This document shows, one piece after another, positions 46,460 to 55,223 of a DNA stretch of 64,000 nucleotides. The stretch is from the NCBI GenBank assembly GCA_041736435.1, contig JBGSTS010000020.1:119-64118 (forward strand), given 5' to 3'. Numbering within the stretch: position 1 is the first letter of the stretch; each line of letters opens with the position of its first letter. The stretch comes from Desulfobacterales bacterium (GTDB lineage Bacteria; Desulfobacterota; Desulfobacteria; Desulfobacterales; SpSt-501). Below the pieces are notes generated by a model, which saw nothing but the letters and a program-made list of their open reading frames with translations, searched no databases and was not told the DNA's origin. The translations under genes were made by a program, and so were the position numbers.

Positions 46460-47506
46460 ATGAAGATTCTTTATGGAGTCCAAGGCACCGGCAACGGCCA
46501 CATCTCCCGCTCTCGCGAAGTCATCCGTTATCTGAAGGAAGATGGTCACGAGGTCCAGGTGATCGTCAGCGGCCGGGACCGGGCTTTGCTCTGGGATATG
46601 GAGATCTTCGAGCCATACACGGCGCTGCGGGGGCTCACCTTCGCCACCCATCGCGGCCGGATCCAACACCTGCGCACGGCGCGCCAGTTGAACCTGATCC
46701 GGTTCTACGTCGACATCCGCGCCTTCGATGCTCGTGGGTTCGATCTGGTCATCACCGACTACGAGCCGGCAACCGCGCGCATTGCCCGTCGCCATCGGCT
46801 GCCATCGATCGGGATCGGACACCAGTACGCCTTTTGCCACGACATTCCGGTCAAGGGCCAAAACCCTCTGGCGCGCTACATCCTGGATCACTTCGCGCCC
46901 GTGGATTATCCGATCGGACTGCACTGGCACCACTTCGAACAGCCGATCCTGCCGCCGGTGGTGCCGGAATTTTCTTCCCGGCCGGCGCCGGTTCCCGGAA
47001 AGATACTCGTCTATCTCCCGTTCGAGGAGCTTTCCGATATCCTGCGGCTGCTTGGCCCCTTCGATGCTCATGCGTTTTATATCTACCATCAGCTGCAGCA
47101 GCCCGAGGGCACGGGCCATTTGAACTTGAGGCCCTATTCGCGCACCGCCTTTCTCAACGACCTGACCGATTGCAGCGGGGTCATCACCAACGCCGGTTTC
47201 GAGCTGGTCAGCGAGGCTCTGGCACTCGGCAAAAAAATCCTGGTCAAACCGCTCACCGGGCAGATGGAGCAGCTCTCCAATGCGGCGGCGCTCGCCGAGC
47301 TGAACCTGGGGCTGACAATGAAGAGGCTTGACAGGGAGGAAGTGGACCGGTTTTTGGGAAAACCCACCTTAGTCCGGGCGCAATACCCAAACGTTGCCCG
47401 CATGATCGCCGATTGGATTCCTAAAGGGGACTGGGGGAGTCTGGCCGAGCTCTCTCGCGCAGCCTGGGCGCAGACTCACTATTCCGGAGGTTTCAGTTCG
47501 GGCTAA
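46460..47506 (+). CDS. GT-B glycosyltransferase (MurG/MJ1255-like)
   Basis: MKILYGVQGTGNGHISRS... is the glycine-rich N-terminal motif of this family. The ATG is 15 nt after the PAP2 stop. The ORF-track start at 46205 overlaps PAP2. Confidence 0.7.
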   Translation: MKILYGVQGTGNGHISRSREVIRYLKEDGHEVQVIVSGRDRALLWDMEIFEPYTALRGLTFATHRGRIQHLRTARQLNLIRFYVDIRAFDARGFDLVITDYEPATARIARRHRLPSIGIGHQYAFCHDIPVKGQNPLARYILDHFAPVDYPIGLHWHHFEQPILPPVVPEFSSRPAPVPGKILVYLPFEELSDILRLLGPFDAHAFYIYHQLQQPEGTGHLNLRPYSRTAFLNDLTDCSGVITNAGFELVSEALALGKKILVKPLTGQMEQLSNAAALAELNLGLTMKRLDREEVDRFLGKPTLVRAQYPNVARMIADWIPKGDWGSLAELSRAAWAQTHYSGGFSSG

Positions 47507-49905
47507 CTCGCTTCGATGATGACTCGTCCAGCTCCCCCATCGATCGTCACCTGGGAGCCCTCTGGAATCAAGCGGGTCGCCTGGCGGATTCCGACCACGG
47601 AGGGGATCCCCAGCTCCCGCGCCACGATGGAGCAGTGGTTCAGCAGCCCGCCCTCTTCCATTACGAGGCCTCCCACCAGGCTGAGAATGGGTGTCCAGCC
47701 CGGATCCGTATGCCGGGCCACGACGACATCCCCCTGGTGGATGGCGGCCGTCGCAGGATCCACGACGATAACCGCTCTGCCAGTGGCTCGCCCCGGACTG
47801 GTTCCGATCCCGTGCAGGACCGTGCCATCGAGAGTGAGATCATATTCCGGCCGGCCCTCAACCCAAAACGTGCAGGGATCCGCCGGTTTACTAAACTGTT
47901 CGCGTCGCTTACCGGCGATCCGGTTCGCTGCCATAGGCGGCAGGCGACCGGCCGCCAACCGTTCGATCTCATCGGGGGTTAGGAAAAGGGTCAGATCCCC
48001 CAAGCCGAAGTGCCGTCCGAGCGAAAGCAGGTCCGCGCGAATATGGAACAGGACTTCATCCAGCAGAAATCGTAGCTCCTCCCGCAGGTCAAGAAACCGG
48101 CAGGTCAGGCGAGCAACCAACTTCAGTGCCATCCGTGGCACCGATAGAAGCGCCCCTCGCGGCCTTTCCGCCGCAGGACGGCATTCGGGCGTTATCCTCG
48201 TGGTCCCGCCATGGCGCACCAGCGACTGGAGAATTGCGATCACCTCTTCCGGGGCTTCGATCCAGCGCTTCATTGCGAGCGTGCGGTGGCGTGAGCGGCA
48301 ACCGTAGCGGCCGAGGAAGGTGTCGAGCGCTTTCTGAAGATCGGTTGGCAGCGAACGGGCCAGGCTCTCCGCAGGCTCGTTTCGAAAGCGTTCGCCGGCG
48401 TCGCGGTCGGCGGCGATGCGTTCTCCCATGGCACGAAACCACTGCTCGATCCGCAGGGTGACGTTGTTGCCGCGCCGGCTGAGGAGCTCTAAAAATTCGG
48501 TCCCAGGCAGTTTCATCAGGTCCATGGCCCACCAGCGAAGTACCCAGGTGAAAAACGTTGCGTGGGAATAGGGCCACTGGTTGTTTTCCTGGATCAAGGC
48601 CAGAGTTTCCAAATCGGTGCGCAGGATCTCGATCAAGTCGGAAGCGGTCGCTTCGCTCGCTGCAGGCCGGGCCGGCGTTCGCATGCGGGCACGCAGGCGC
48701 TCGATGTTACGCGGCGCGCGCCGCAGGCACACCCAGGGCAGAAGGCCCGGTTCGCTCAGGGGAAGGCGGGCCAGGCAGAAGCCGATGCGCAAAAGCGTCC
48801 ACGCAGGGGGGGTAGGGATATCCTCCAGTTGCGAGTCCGTCGGCAGCAGGGAGTGAAACTCTTTGAACCGCAACCGGCGCGGCATGAGGGCGATGAGGCG
48901 CCGAATCCCTTCGCAGTTGACATAGAGATAGCCGTTGACGACCGCCAGGGCCGGCACGACCGGAATGATTCCGACCCGCCGCGCGATGGCCGACAAGTCA
49001 AAGCGCGGGGCATGCGCCAGCATGACCTCGGCCATGAACGGGGTCAGCCGGTCGGCCCAGAGATCGTCAGCGATCTTGCGGGTCCAGCTCCCGGCCGGCG
49101 GCAGAACGCCCGCGCCGGCCAGGGAGGTGATCGGCCGCACCTGGAGCAGCCAGAGCCTCAAACGCCGGTCAACCGCCCACTCCATATCGAGCGCGGCACC
49201 ATCGTAGACTTGCTCCAGTTGCTGCAGCAGTCGCGCCACCTCTTCCCAGGGAGTGTCCCGCGCCACTTTCTGACGTGACCGCCGCCTCCCTTCGAGCTCG
49301 ACTCGCCCGCTCCGGAGAAAGGCCGCGCGGCATGGTGTGCGGTGACCGCTGACCAACCCGTCGCCGTGGCCCCGGACGGCCTCGATGATCATTTCATCCC
49401 TGCCGGGAGCGAGCGGGTTGCGGCTGAAGGCCACGCCGGCAACGTGAGACTCCACCATGCGCTGGATGACGACGGCCATCCGTGGGGTTTCAACGTCGCT
49501 TCCCCGAACGTTGAGGGCCTTCACGTAACTGCCCACTATTTCGGAGCTGGCGCTGGCCCAGCAGGCTTCGATACGCTCCAGAAGCCCATCTTCGGTGTCG
49601 ATCTCAAGGAAGCTCTGATATTGACCGGCAAAACTCCGGCGATGGCCGTCCTCGCGGGTAGCCGAGGAGCGGATGGAAACGCCTCTGCTCAGGCTGAGGC
49701 GGCGGGCGGCCTCCAGGACCTCGTCGCGCAGCCCGTCCGGCCAGGAGCCGGTGGCCAGGTAAAGGCGGTGGGCCGCAGTGCTGACGGCAATCGCCTCGGG
49801 CACTGGAAACCCCCGCCGGGCGGCATCGGCCAAGGTGGAAAACTTTCGGCCGACCACACTCGGATCAAGTGCATGGTCATCCTGAAATCCGATGAGGTAG
49901 GTCAT
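47503..49905 (-). CDS. PEP-utilising enzyme family protein (N-terminal PPDK_N ATP-grasp, C-terminal phosphohistidine swivel domain)
   Basis: The N-terminus has ...VGRKFSTLADAARRGFPVPEAIAVS.... The C-terminus has ...GIGTSPGRATGRAVIV...ARHTDPGWTPILSLVGGLVMEEGGLLNHCSIVARELGIPSVVG. There is no PEP/pyruvate TIM-barrel domain. Confidence 0.8.
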   Translation of the reverse strand: MTYLIGFQDDHALDPSVVGRKFSTLADAARRGFPVPEAIAVSTAAHRLYLATGSWPDGLRDEVLEAARRLSLSRGVSIRSSATREDGHRRSFAGQYQSFLEIDTEDGLLERIEACWASASSEIVGSYVKALNVRGSDVETPRMAVVIQRMVESHVAGVAFSRNPLAPGRDEMIIEAVRGHGDGLVSGHRTPCRAAFLRSGRVELEGRRRSRQKVARDTPWEEVARLLQQLEQVYDGAALDMEWAVDRRLRLWLLQVRPITSLAGAGVLPPAGSWTRKIADDLWADRLTPFMAEVMLAHAPRFDLSAIARRVGIIPVVPALAVVNGYLYVNCEGIRRLIALMPRRLRFKEFHSLLPTDSQLEDIPTPPAWTLLRIGFCLARLPLSEPGLLPWVCLRRAPRNIERLRARMRTPARPAASEATASDLIEILRTDLETLALIQENNQWPYSHATFFTWVLRWWAMDLMKLPGTEFLELLSRRGNNVTLRIEQWFRAMGERIAADRDAGERFRNEPAESLARSLPTDLQKALDTFLGRYGCRSRHRTLAMKRWIEAPEEVIAILQSLVRHGGTTRITPECRPAAERPRGALLSVPRMALKLVARLTCRFLDLREELRFLLDEVLFHIRADLLSLGRHFGLGDLTLFLTPDEIERLAAGRLPPMAANRIAGKRREQFSKPADPCTFWVEGRPEYDLTLDGTVLHGIGTSPGRATGRAVIVVDPATAAIHQGDVVVARHTDPGWTPILSLVGGLVMEEGGLLNHCSIVARELGIPSVVGIRQATRLIPEGSQVTIDGGAGRVIIEAS

Positions 49906-50159
49906 CGCAGTCTCATATCGCTGATTGCGAACGCCGATGCAGCGGCATCATTTTACGTGGTTGAGGCTCGTAAATTTTTCGAGCGGGGCGGGTGCCGGAT
50001 ATTCGAACAGACTCCGGTCCGGCTGTTTGACTCTGATGTGAAATAGGTTAGAAATCGGTTGCCGGTTGTCATTGGTGCGGGCAAAGAGGAGCTGCCGCTC
50101 ATCTCGGGCAATCCTTAGACGAAGGCAGCCCAAAAGGAAAAAGCTGGATAGCGGCAGGT

Positions 50160-51332
50160 TTAAGGGCTGCGACGCTGTCGGGTGCGCCGGGGAGAGCGGT
50201 CAAGCATTGCCAAGACCTTGACCGCGACCTCATACGCCGCCTGCGGCCGGGCGATGCGCCGGGCATTGGCCTTGAGCCGAGCCAGCCGACGCGGCGAAGA
50301 GAGCAGCGCATTCAATTTATAGTTCAGGGTCGCCAGATGGCCGACCTTTACCGCCGCACCGCTTTCCAACAGGAAATCGGCGTTGCGGCTCTCCTGGCCG
50401 GGGATCGGATTGACGATCAGCATCGCACCCCCGCAGCATAAAACCTCCGCCGATGTCAATCCGCCGGGTTTGGAAATCACCACGTCCGCCGCGGCCATGA
50501 GCTCATCGATCGCCTCCGTGAAGCCGACGATCGTGACACGGTGGTGCGGTGCGGCGGGTGCCCGGTTCAACCGCTCCCGGAGCGCATCATTGCGCCCGCA
50601 CACCACCACAATCTCCACGGCGACGTTCAGTGCCAGCAAGCTGAAAAAAATCTGTTCGATCGGACCGACCCCGAACCCGCCTGAAAGCAGGAGCAGGATC
50701 GGCCGCTCCCCCTTAAGCCCCTGGGTCCTGAGGCAGCGGAGTCGGTCTTTGCGTCTGCTGAACACCGGGTGAACGGGAATGCCGCTGACCGTGATATCCC
50801 GCGCTGGTACCCCCCAATAGGCGAGATTCGCCGCGCTCTCCTCCGTGGCCGCGAAGTAGTGATCGCATGGGCGTTGGACCCACATCCGGTGCGTCATGAA
50901 ATCGGTAGTGACGGTCACCTGCCGCACATTGATTTTTCCCGCGGTCCGCAGCGAACCGATGATCTCCGCCGGTAGAAAATGAGTGTTGACCACCACGTCC
51001 CAGCTCTCTGATTCCAAAAGCTTCAGGAAAGGTTTGAGATTCAAGCGCTGCAGGGCAATCCGAAATCGATCCGCCTCCAGCTCCTGAGGGCGGTCCAAGA
51101 GGTCGTAGACATAGCCGAGCAAGTGGGGGGCCCGGCGGGCAACATCGAGGTAGCCCTTGCCGTATATTCTGCGGAAGGCGGAGCTGGCCAGGCTCAGGAC
51201 GTCCACATTCTTCAGCATCAGGCCGGGGGCAATTTCCTGCAGGGCCAGCTCGATGGCTTCCGCCGCACGCACGTGGCCGGCCCCGACGGATGCCGAAAGG
51301 ATGAGAATGCGTTTGGGAATTTGTTGGCGCAA
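50160..51332 (-). CDS. GT28 diacylglycerol glycosyltransferase (MGDG-synthase / UgtP-like)
   Basis: ...ILILSASVGAGHVRAAEAI...FRRIYGKGYLDVARRAPHLLGYVYD... is an MGDG_synth N-domain. ...ISKPGGLTSAEVLCCGGAMLIVNPIPGQESRNADFL is a GT28 C-domain. Confidence 0.8.
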   Translation of the reverse strand: MRQQIPKRILILSASVGAGHVRAAEAIELALQEIAPGLMLKNVDVLSLASSAFRRIYGKGYLDVARRAPHLLGYVYDLLDRPQELEADRFRIALQRLNLKPFLKLLESESWDVVVNTHFLPAEIIGSLRTAGKINVRQVTVTTDFMTHRMWVQRPCDHYFAATEESAANLAYWGVPARDITVSGIPVHPVFSRRKDRLRCLRTQGLKGERPILLLLSGGFGVGPIEQIFFSLLALNVAVEIVVVCGRNDALRERLNRAPAAPHHRVTIVGFTEAIDELMAAADVVISKPGGLTSAEVLCCGGAMLIVNPIPGQESRNADFLLESGAAVKVGHLATLNYKLNALLSSPRRLARLKANARRIARPQAAYEVAVKVLAMLDRSPRRTRQRRSP

Positions 51333-51404
51333 AAAATACCTACAATCTCTAAATGTCCAATGTATTATGATAGCGAATAAAAATGGTCAGAATCAATAAA
51401 ATTT

Positions 51405-51461
51405 CATTAATTCCGCTTGTTGCGACATTAAAACATTGACGGACCCATTAAAATCCATTAA
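51405..51461 (-). promoter_or_regulatory. Candidate Pho box array (GT28 glycolipid synthase promoter)
   Basis: The hexamer CATTAA (TTAATG on the minus strand) occurs four times, at 51405, 51426, 51446 and 51456. Spacings are 21, 20 and 10 bp. The nearest unit is 73 nt upstream of the ATG at 51332. Confidence 0.45.
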
Positions 51462-51611
51462 TCGTTTCTTGCTGAAATCTGCACTGATATTTCTCCTTAC
51501 CGTTTTTCACAAATCATTTCATGTAATGACGTTTTTTTGGAAGATTGAACGCGACCAATTGCCCGCAGTGCTTGCCTGAAAGCTTTCCCGGAATCAACGG
51601 AGGTGGCAAAA

Positions 51612-51965
51612 ATGACAACACCGTCCTCATCCATGAAAGAATTTATGGAGTCATTAAAAGGCAGGAGCTTTGAGGATATCATTCTGCTGGCCGAGCGAGA
51701 ATCCATTCGGGCGTATCGAAGGGCCTTGCGCCCATGTCGGAGCGACGGCATCCCTACCATTGACTGGTGCAACTATTCCCGCAGACTGGTCGACATGATC
51801 GAGTTTTTGAGAAGCGAGTCTAAGCCCTTGAAATTGGATACTGAAACCCGGGGGCTGATGGTTTCTATGCAGCAAGAGTTCGAGAAATTGAAAGCTCGAT
51901 CCCATTCAAAAACGTTCGGGCCTGAAGCGGCTTTTTCTGCGCGGCAGCGTCCGTTGTCACGGTAG
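51612..51965 (+). CDS. Hypothetical small soluble protein in an AT-rich island
   Basis: 117 aa from the ATG at 51612, with GGAGG 8 nt upstream. It looks helical and I recognise no family. An antisense ORF at 51497..51772 competes with it. Confidence 0.35.
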   Translation: MTTPSSSMKEFMESLKGRSFEDIILLAERESIRAYRRALRPCRSDGIPTIDWCNYSRRLVDMIEFLRSESKPLKLDTETRGLMVSMQQEFEKLKARSHSKTFGPEAAFSARQRPLSR

Positions 51966-51994
51966 AGCAATTTGCTCCGGCTCAGGAGGTCACG

Positions 51995-52072
51995 ATGAAC
52001 GATATTGTTCTTCTGATTATCATCATCGGTTGCTTTATCACTACGATCATCGGCATGCAAGCCAACCGCTGA
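51995..52072 (+). CDS. Candidate 25-aa hydrophobic micro-protein
   Basis: MNDIVLLIIIIGCFITTIIGMQANR, with AGGAGG 6 nt upstream of the ATG. It is too short for the ORF track. Confidence 0.3.
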   Translation: MNDIVLLIIIIGCFITTIIGMQANR

Positions 52073-52076
52073 GGCC

Positions 52077-52562
52077 TCATAAATCCGGATTTAAATTTCT
52101 CTCGATATAGGAGGCGTAGTCCTTCATGACCGGCTGGTATTTTTGATCCATCAGGTCAGAAGAAATTAGGAAATCGGCCGTCGACCGGTTGCATGCGATG
52201 GGAATGTTGTAGAGCACGGCGATGCGCAGCAGGGCTTTCACATCCACGTCGTGTGGATGCGGGGTCATCGGGTCCCAAAGAAATATAATGCAGTCGATCT
52301 GCCCCTCCACGATCATAGCGCCGAGCTGCTGGTCCCCGCCCAGCGGACCGGATTTCAATTTCAGAATCTCAAACGGGAGGGCCCTTTCTGCCACTTTTTT
52401 CTTCAATGCCGCCTCGATCATCCGCCCGGTGGTTCCGGTGCAGATGAGCCGATGCCGCAGTAACGGCTGGTAGTTCCATTCCACCCACTCGATGAGATCC
52501 TTCTTTCGATGGTCATGCGCGACCAGCGCGATATTTTTTACTTCCTCCATCCGATCCTCCAA
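52077..52562 (-). CDS. mgsA: Methylglyoxal synthase
   Basis: ...IALVAHDHRKKDLIEWV...LICTGTTG...GPLGGDQQLGA...FLWDPMTPHPHDVDVKALLR.... Confidence 0.9.
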   Translation of the reverse strand: MEDRMEEVKNIALVAHDHRKKDLIEWVEWNYQPLLRHRLICTGTTGRMIEAALKKKVAERALPFEILKLKSGPLGGDQQLGAMIVEGQIDCIIFLWDPMTPHPHDVDVKALLRIAVLYNIPIACNRSTADFLISSDLMDQKYQPVMKDYASYIERNLNPDL

Positions 52563-52835
52563 TCTGTTTGACCGCCCGTTGCCATGCTTGCTGAGATCGA
52601 AAAAACCTTGCTGATGACGCTTCAGAATAACTTACACCATGGGGCCGGAGGATGGCAATGACTAGCAGGTTAGAGTTCCGCTAGAAACCAAGTGCGGCAT
52701 GCGATCCACCCGATGGCGTTCACAAGGCCTTTTATCTTCCCGGAATCGTATATTTTTATTTTTCGTTATCAACAGCGTGTTCATAACCAGGAGTATCCAA
52801 CCGTACATCCGAGGAAATCGTGGCCTTGCGAACAA

Positions 52836-52862
52836 CTAACCCGAGGCTAGTATAATCCTAAC
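52836..52862 (+). promoter_or_regulatory. Candidate Pho box array (2-aminoethylphosphonate operon promoter)
   Basis: CTAAC (52836), CTAGT (52847) and CTAAC (52858) at an 11-bp period, about 140 nt upstream of the phnS ATG. Confidence 0.55.
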
Positions 52863-53003
52863 AGAAGCGCGCGAGGCTCGCTTCACATTGCCTGTTCTTC
52901 TTGAGGTGAACGGGAGTGTCAGGTGACGGTGCAGCCTGGTATGCGCGTGTCGGCGATCGACACGCGATCTTTTTAATGTTGTTCAGCGAAAGGAGATCCA
53001 CCC

Positions 53004-54047
53004 ATGTTGCCGTCGGTTCTTGCCCGCTTCAAATCTTTCGGACTGCTGGCCTGCGTCCTGGCACTGTTTATCGCCGCACCTTCCGCGGTGCTGGCCGCAG
53101 AGGAGATCATCGTCTACACCGCATTAGAGGATGACGAAATCCCCAAGTACCTCGCCCTCTTCAAGCAGCAGCATCCGGATATCACCGTCAAGATCGTGCG
53201 GGACTCCACCGGCATCGTCACCGCCAAGCTACTGGCTGAGAAGGCCAACCCCCAGGCCGATGTCGTCTGGGGAACGGCGGCAACCAGCCTCATGCTCTGC
53301 AAGCAGGCGGGAATGCTGGAACCCTTTGCGCCCAAGGGACTCGAGAAGGTGAAACCGCTCATGCGCGACTCCGCCAACCCGCCGGCCTGGGTGGGGATCA
53401 AGGCCTGGGAAACCGGGTTCTGCGTCAACACGATCGAATCCAAGAAGCTGAAACTGCCGGCCCCCGAATCCTTCGCCGACTTGACCAAACCGGTCTACAA
53501 GGGCCAGATTTCAATGCCCAACCCCGCCTCCTCCGGGACCGGCTTCCTGACGGTTTCCGCCGTGCTGCAGATGATGGGCGAGGCCCCGGGCTGGGAGTAT
53601 CTTGACAAGTTGCACGCCAACATCGCTCGCTACACGCACTCCGGCTCCAAGCCCTGCAAGATGGCGGGCGCCGGCGAGGTTCCGATCGGGATCTCCTTCG
53701 CCTACCGCGGGTTCATGCAGAAGCAGAAGGGCGAGCCGGTCGAGACGGTTTTCCCCAAGGAGGGCTCCGGCTGGGACGTAGAAGCCAACGCCATGATCAA
53801 GAAGGCCGCCATCAAACCGGCGGCTAAAATCTTCCTCGATTGGGCCATCAGCGAGCCGGTGATGAAGGAGTACGGCAAGATCTATCCGGTGACCGCCTAC
53901 CCGAGCGGCAACCCCATCCCCGAGGGATACCCGAAGGAGCCCGAAAAGCAGCTCGCCAAGAACGACTTCGACTGGGCCGCCAAAAACCGCGAGCGCATCT
54001 TGGCGGAATGGACCAAACGCTACGACAGCAAAAGCGAGGCCAAATAG
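53004..54047 (+). CDS. phnS: 2-aminoethylphosphonate-type ABC transporter, periplasmic binding protein (FbpA/PhnS family)
   Basis: It has a signal peptide, then [13 protein letters not shown]...PASSGTGFL.... The operon context with phnX and phnW supports the call. AAAGGAG lies upstream. Confidence 0.8.
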   Translation: MLPSVLARFKSFGLLACVLALFIAAPSAVLAAEEIIVYTALEDDEIPKYLALFKQQHPDITVKIVRDSTGIVTAKLLAEKANPQADVVWGTAATSLMLCKQAGMLEPFAPKGLEKVKPLMRDSANPPAWVGIKAWETGFCVNTIESKKLKLPAPESFADLTKPVYKGQISMPNPASSGTGFLTVSAVLQMMGEAPGWEYLDKLHANIARYTHSGSKPCKMAGAGEVPIGISFAYRGFMQKQKGEPVETVFPKEGSGWDVEANAMIKKAAIKPAAKIFLDWAISEPVMKEYGKIYPVTAYPSGNPIPEGYPKEPEKQLAKNDFDWAAKNRERILAEWTKRYDSKSEAK

Positions 54048-54066
54048 CTCCTACTGCCGCCGCTTG

Positions 54067-54093
54067 CGAGCCGGATGGCCGCCATCCGGCTCG
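54067..54093 (+). other. Intercistronic stem-loop after the binding-protein gene
   Basis: CGAGCCGGATGG-ccg-CCATCCGGCTCG, an 11-12-bp perfect stem between phnS and the ATPase gene. Confidence 0.6.
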
Positions 54094-54112
54094 GATTCGA
54101 ACGAGGACCCGT

Positions 54113-55219
54113 ATGGGCAACTCCTTTGATCTTTCGCCCTATTTAAAAGTCGCCGGCGTCACCAAAACCTTCGGGGAGTTTACCGCCCTCCAGGATGTCT
54201 CCTTCAGCGCCGAGCGCGGCGAGTTTCTGTGTGTGCTGGGCCCGAGCGGCTGCGGTAAAACCACCGTACTGCGCATCCTGGCCGGACTGGAGGTTCAGAC
54301 CGGCGGCAGCGTGCACATCGAGAACCGGGACGTCTCCGGCCTGCCGATATCCAAACGCAATGTGGGCATCGTTTTCCAGTCCTATGCTCTCTTTCCGAAC
54401 CTGACCGCAGCCCAGAACGTGGCCTACGGGTTGAAGAGCCGGCGGTCTCAAAAAGAGCGCAGCGCGCAGCGGGTGGCGGAACTGCTTGAGCTGGTCGGGC
54501 TGACAGGCATGGGTGAGAAGTACCCGGCGCAGCTGTCGGGAGGCCAGCAGCAGAGGGTGGCGCTGGCCCGCGCCATGGCCCTCTCGCCGGACCTGCTGCT
54601 ACTGGACGAGCCGTTGTCGGCGCTGGACGCCCAGGTGCGTGTCCTGCTGCGCCAGGAGATCCGCCAGCTGCAGCAGCGGCTCAAGGTGACCACCATCATG
54701 GTGACCCATGACCAGGAGGAGGCGTTGACCATGGCCGACCGCATTCTGGTCATGGACAAAGGCCGCCTGGTGCAGAGCGGGACCCCGCTTGAAATCTATG
54801 ACCGACCGGCCACCCCGTTTGTGGCCGCCTTCATCGGATCCATGAATTTTTTAGAGAACGCGGTCAAGGTGGATACGGCGGTCTACCGAATCGGCGGCTG
54901 CGACCTGCGGGTGGCAGGGGAAAACGGATCGCAGCGGCTGGCGATCGGCGGCAGCGCCACGCTCGGCATCCGACCCGAGGACATCCTGATCTGGTCCGAC
55001 CGCCGCGATGCACCCAACACGCTCCCGGCCCAAGTGGAGGCGATTGAATACCGCGGTCCGCTCTTCAGGGTGGGCCTGCGGCTGGGGCCCTGCGGCCCCG
55101 GGGCCGCGCGGGTCGAAGCCGACATCCCCTCGGAGAAGGTTCGCCGCCTGGAGCTTCGGCCGGCCGCGACGCTGCCCGTGCAGCTGCCAGAGGACCGGCT
55201 CCGCGTGTACACCGCTTAA
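54113..55219 (+). CDS. phnT: ABC transporter ATP-binding protein (PhnT-like)
   Basis: GPSGCGKTT (Walker A), [14 protein letters not shown] (signature) and LLLLDEP (Walker B). The start is MGNSFDL at 54113. Confidence 0.9.
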   Translation: MGNSFDLSPYLKVAGVTKTFGEFTALQDVSFSAERGEFLCVLGPSGCGKTTVLRILAGLEVQTGGSVHIENRDVSGLPISKRNVGIVFQSYALFPNLTAAQNVAYGLKSRRSQKERSAQRVAELLELVGLTGMGEKYPAQLSGGQQQRVALARAMALSPDLLLLDEPLSALDAQVRVLLRQEIRQLQQRLKVTTIMVTHDQEEALTMADRILVMDKGRLVQSGTPLEIYDRPATPFVAAFIGSMNFLENAVKVDTAVYRIGGCDLRVAGENGSQRLAIGGSATLGIRPEDILIWSDRRDAPNTLPAQVEAIEYRGPLFRVGLRLGPCGPGAARVEADIPSEKVRRLELRPAATLPVQLPEDRLRVYTA

Positions 55220-55223
55220 TCCG

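Noticed and set aside
52851-52856. A perfect TATAAT inside the phnS-side repeat array.
   Set aside because: The only TTGACA-like -35 candidate (TTGCGA at 52826) gives a 19-nt spacer. The hexamer also overlaps a repeat unit (CTAGT-ATAAT). I could not decide whether it is a real -10 element, so I did not call it.
54085-54105. GGATTCGAAC, which resembles the reverse complement of a tRNA T-arm.
   Set aside because: The flanking sequence forms a simple 11-12-bp hairpin. No acceptor, D or anticodon arms can be drawn. It sits between two ABC-transporter cistrons.
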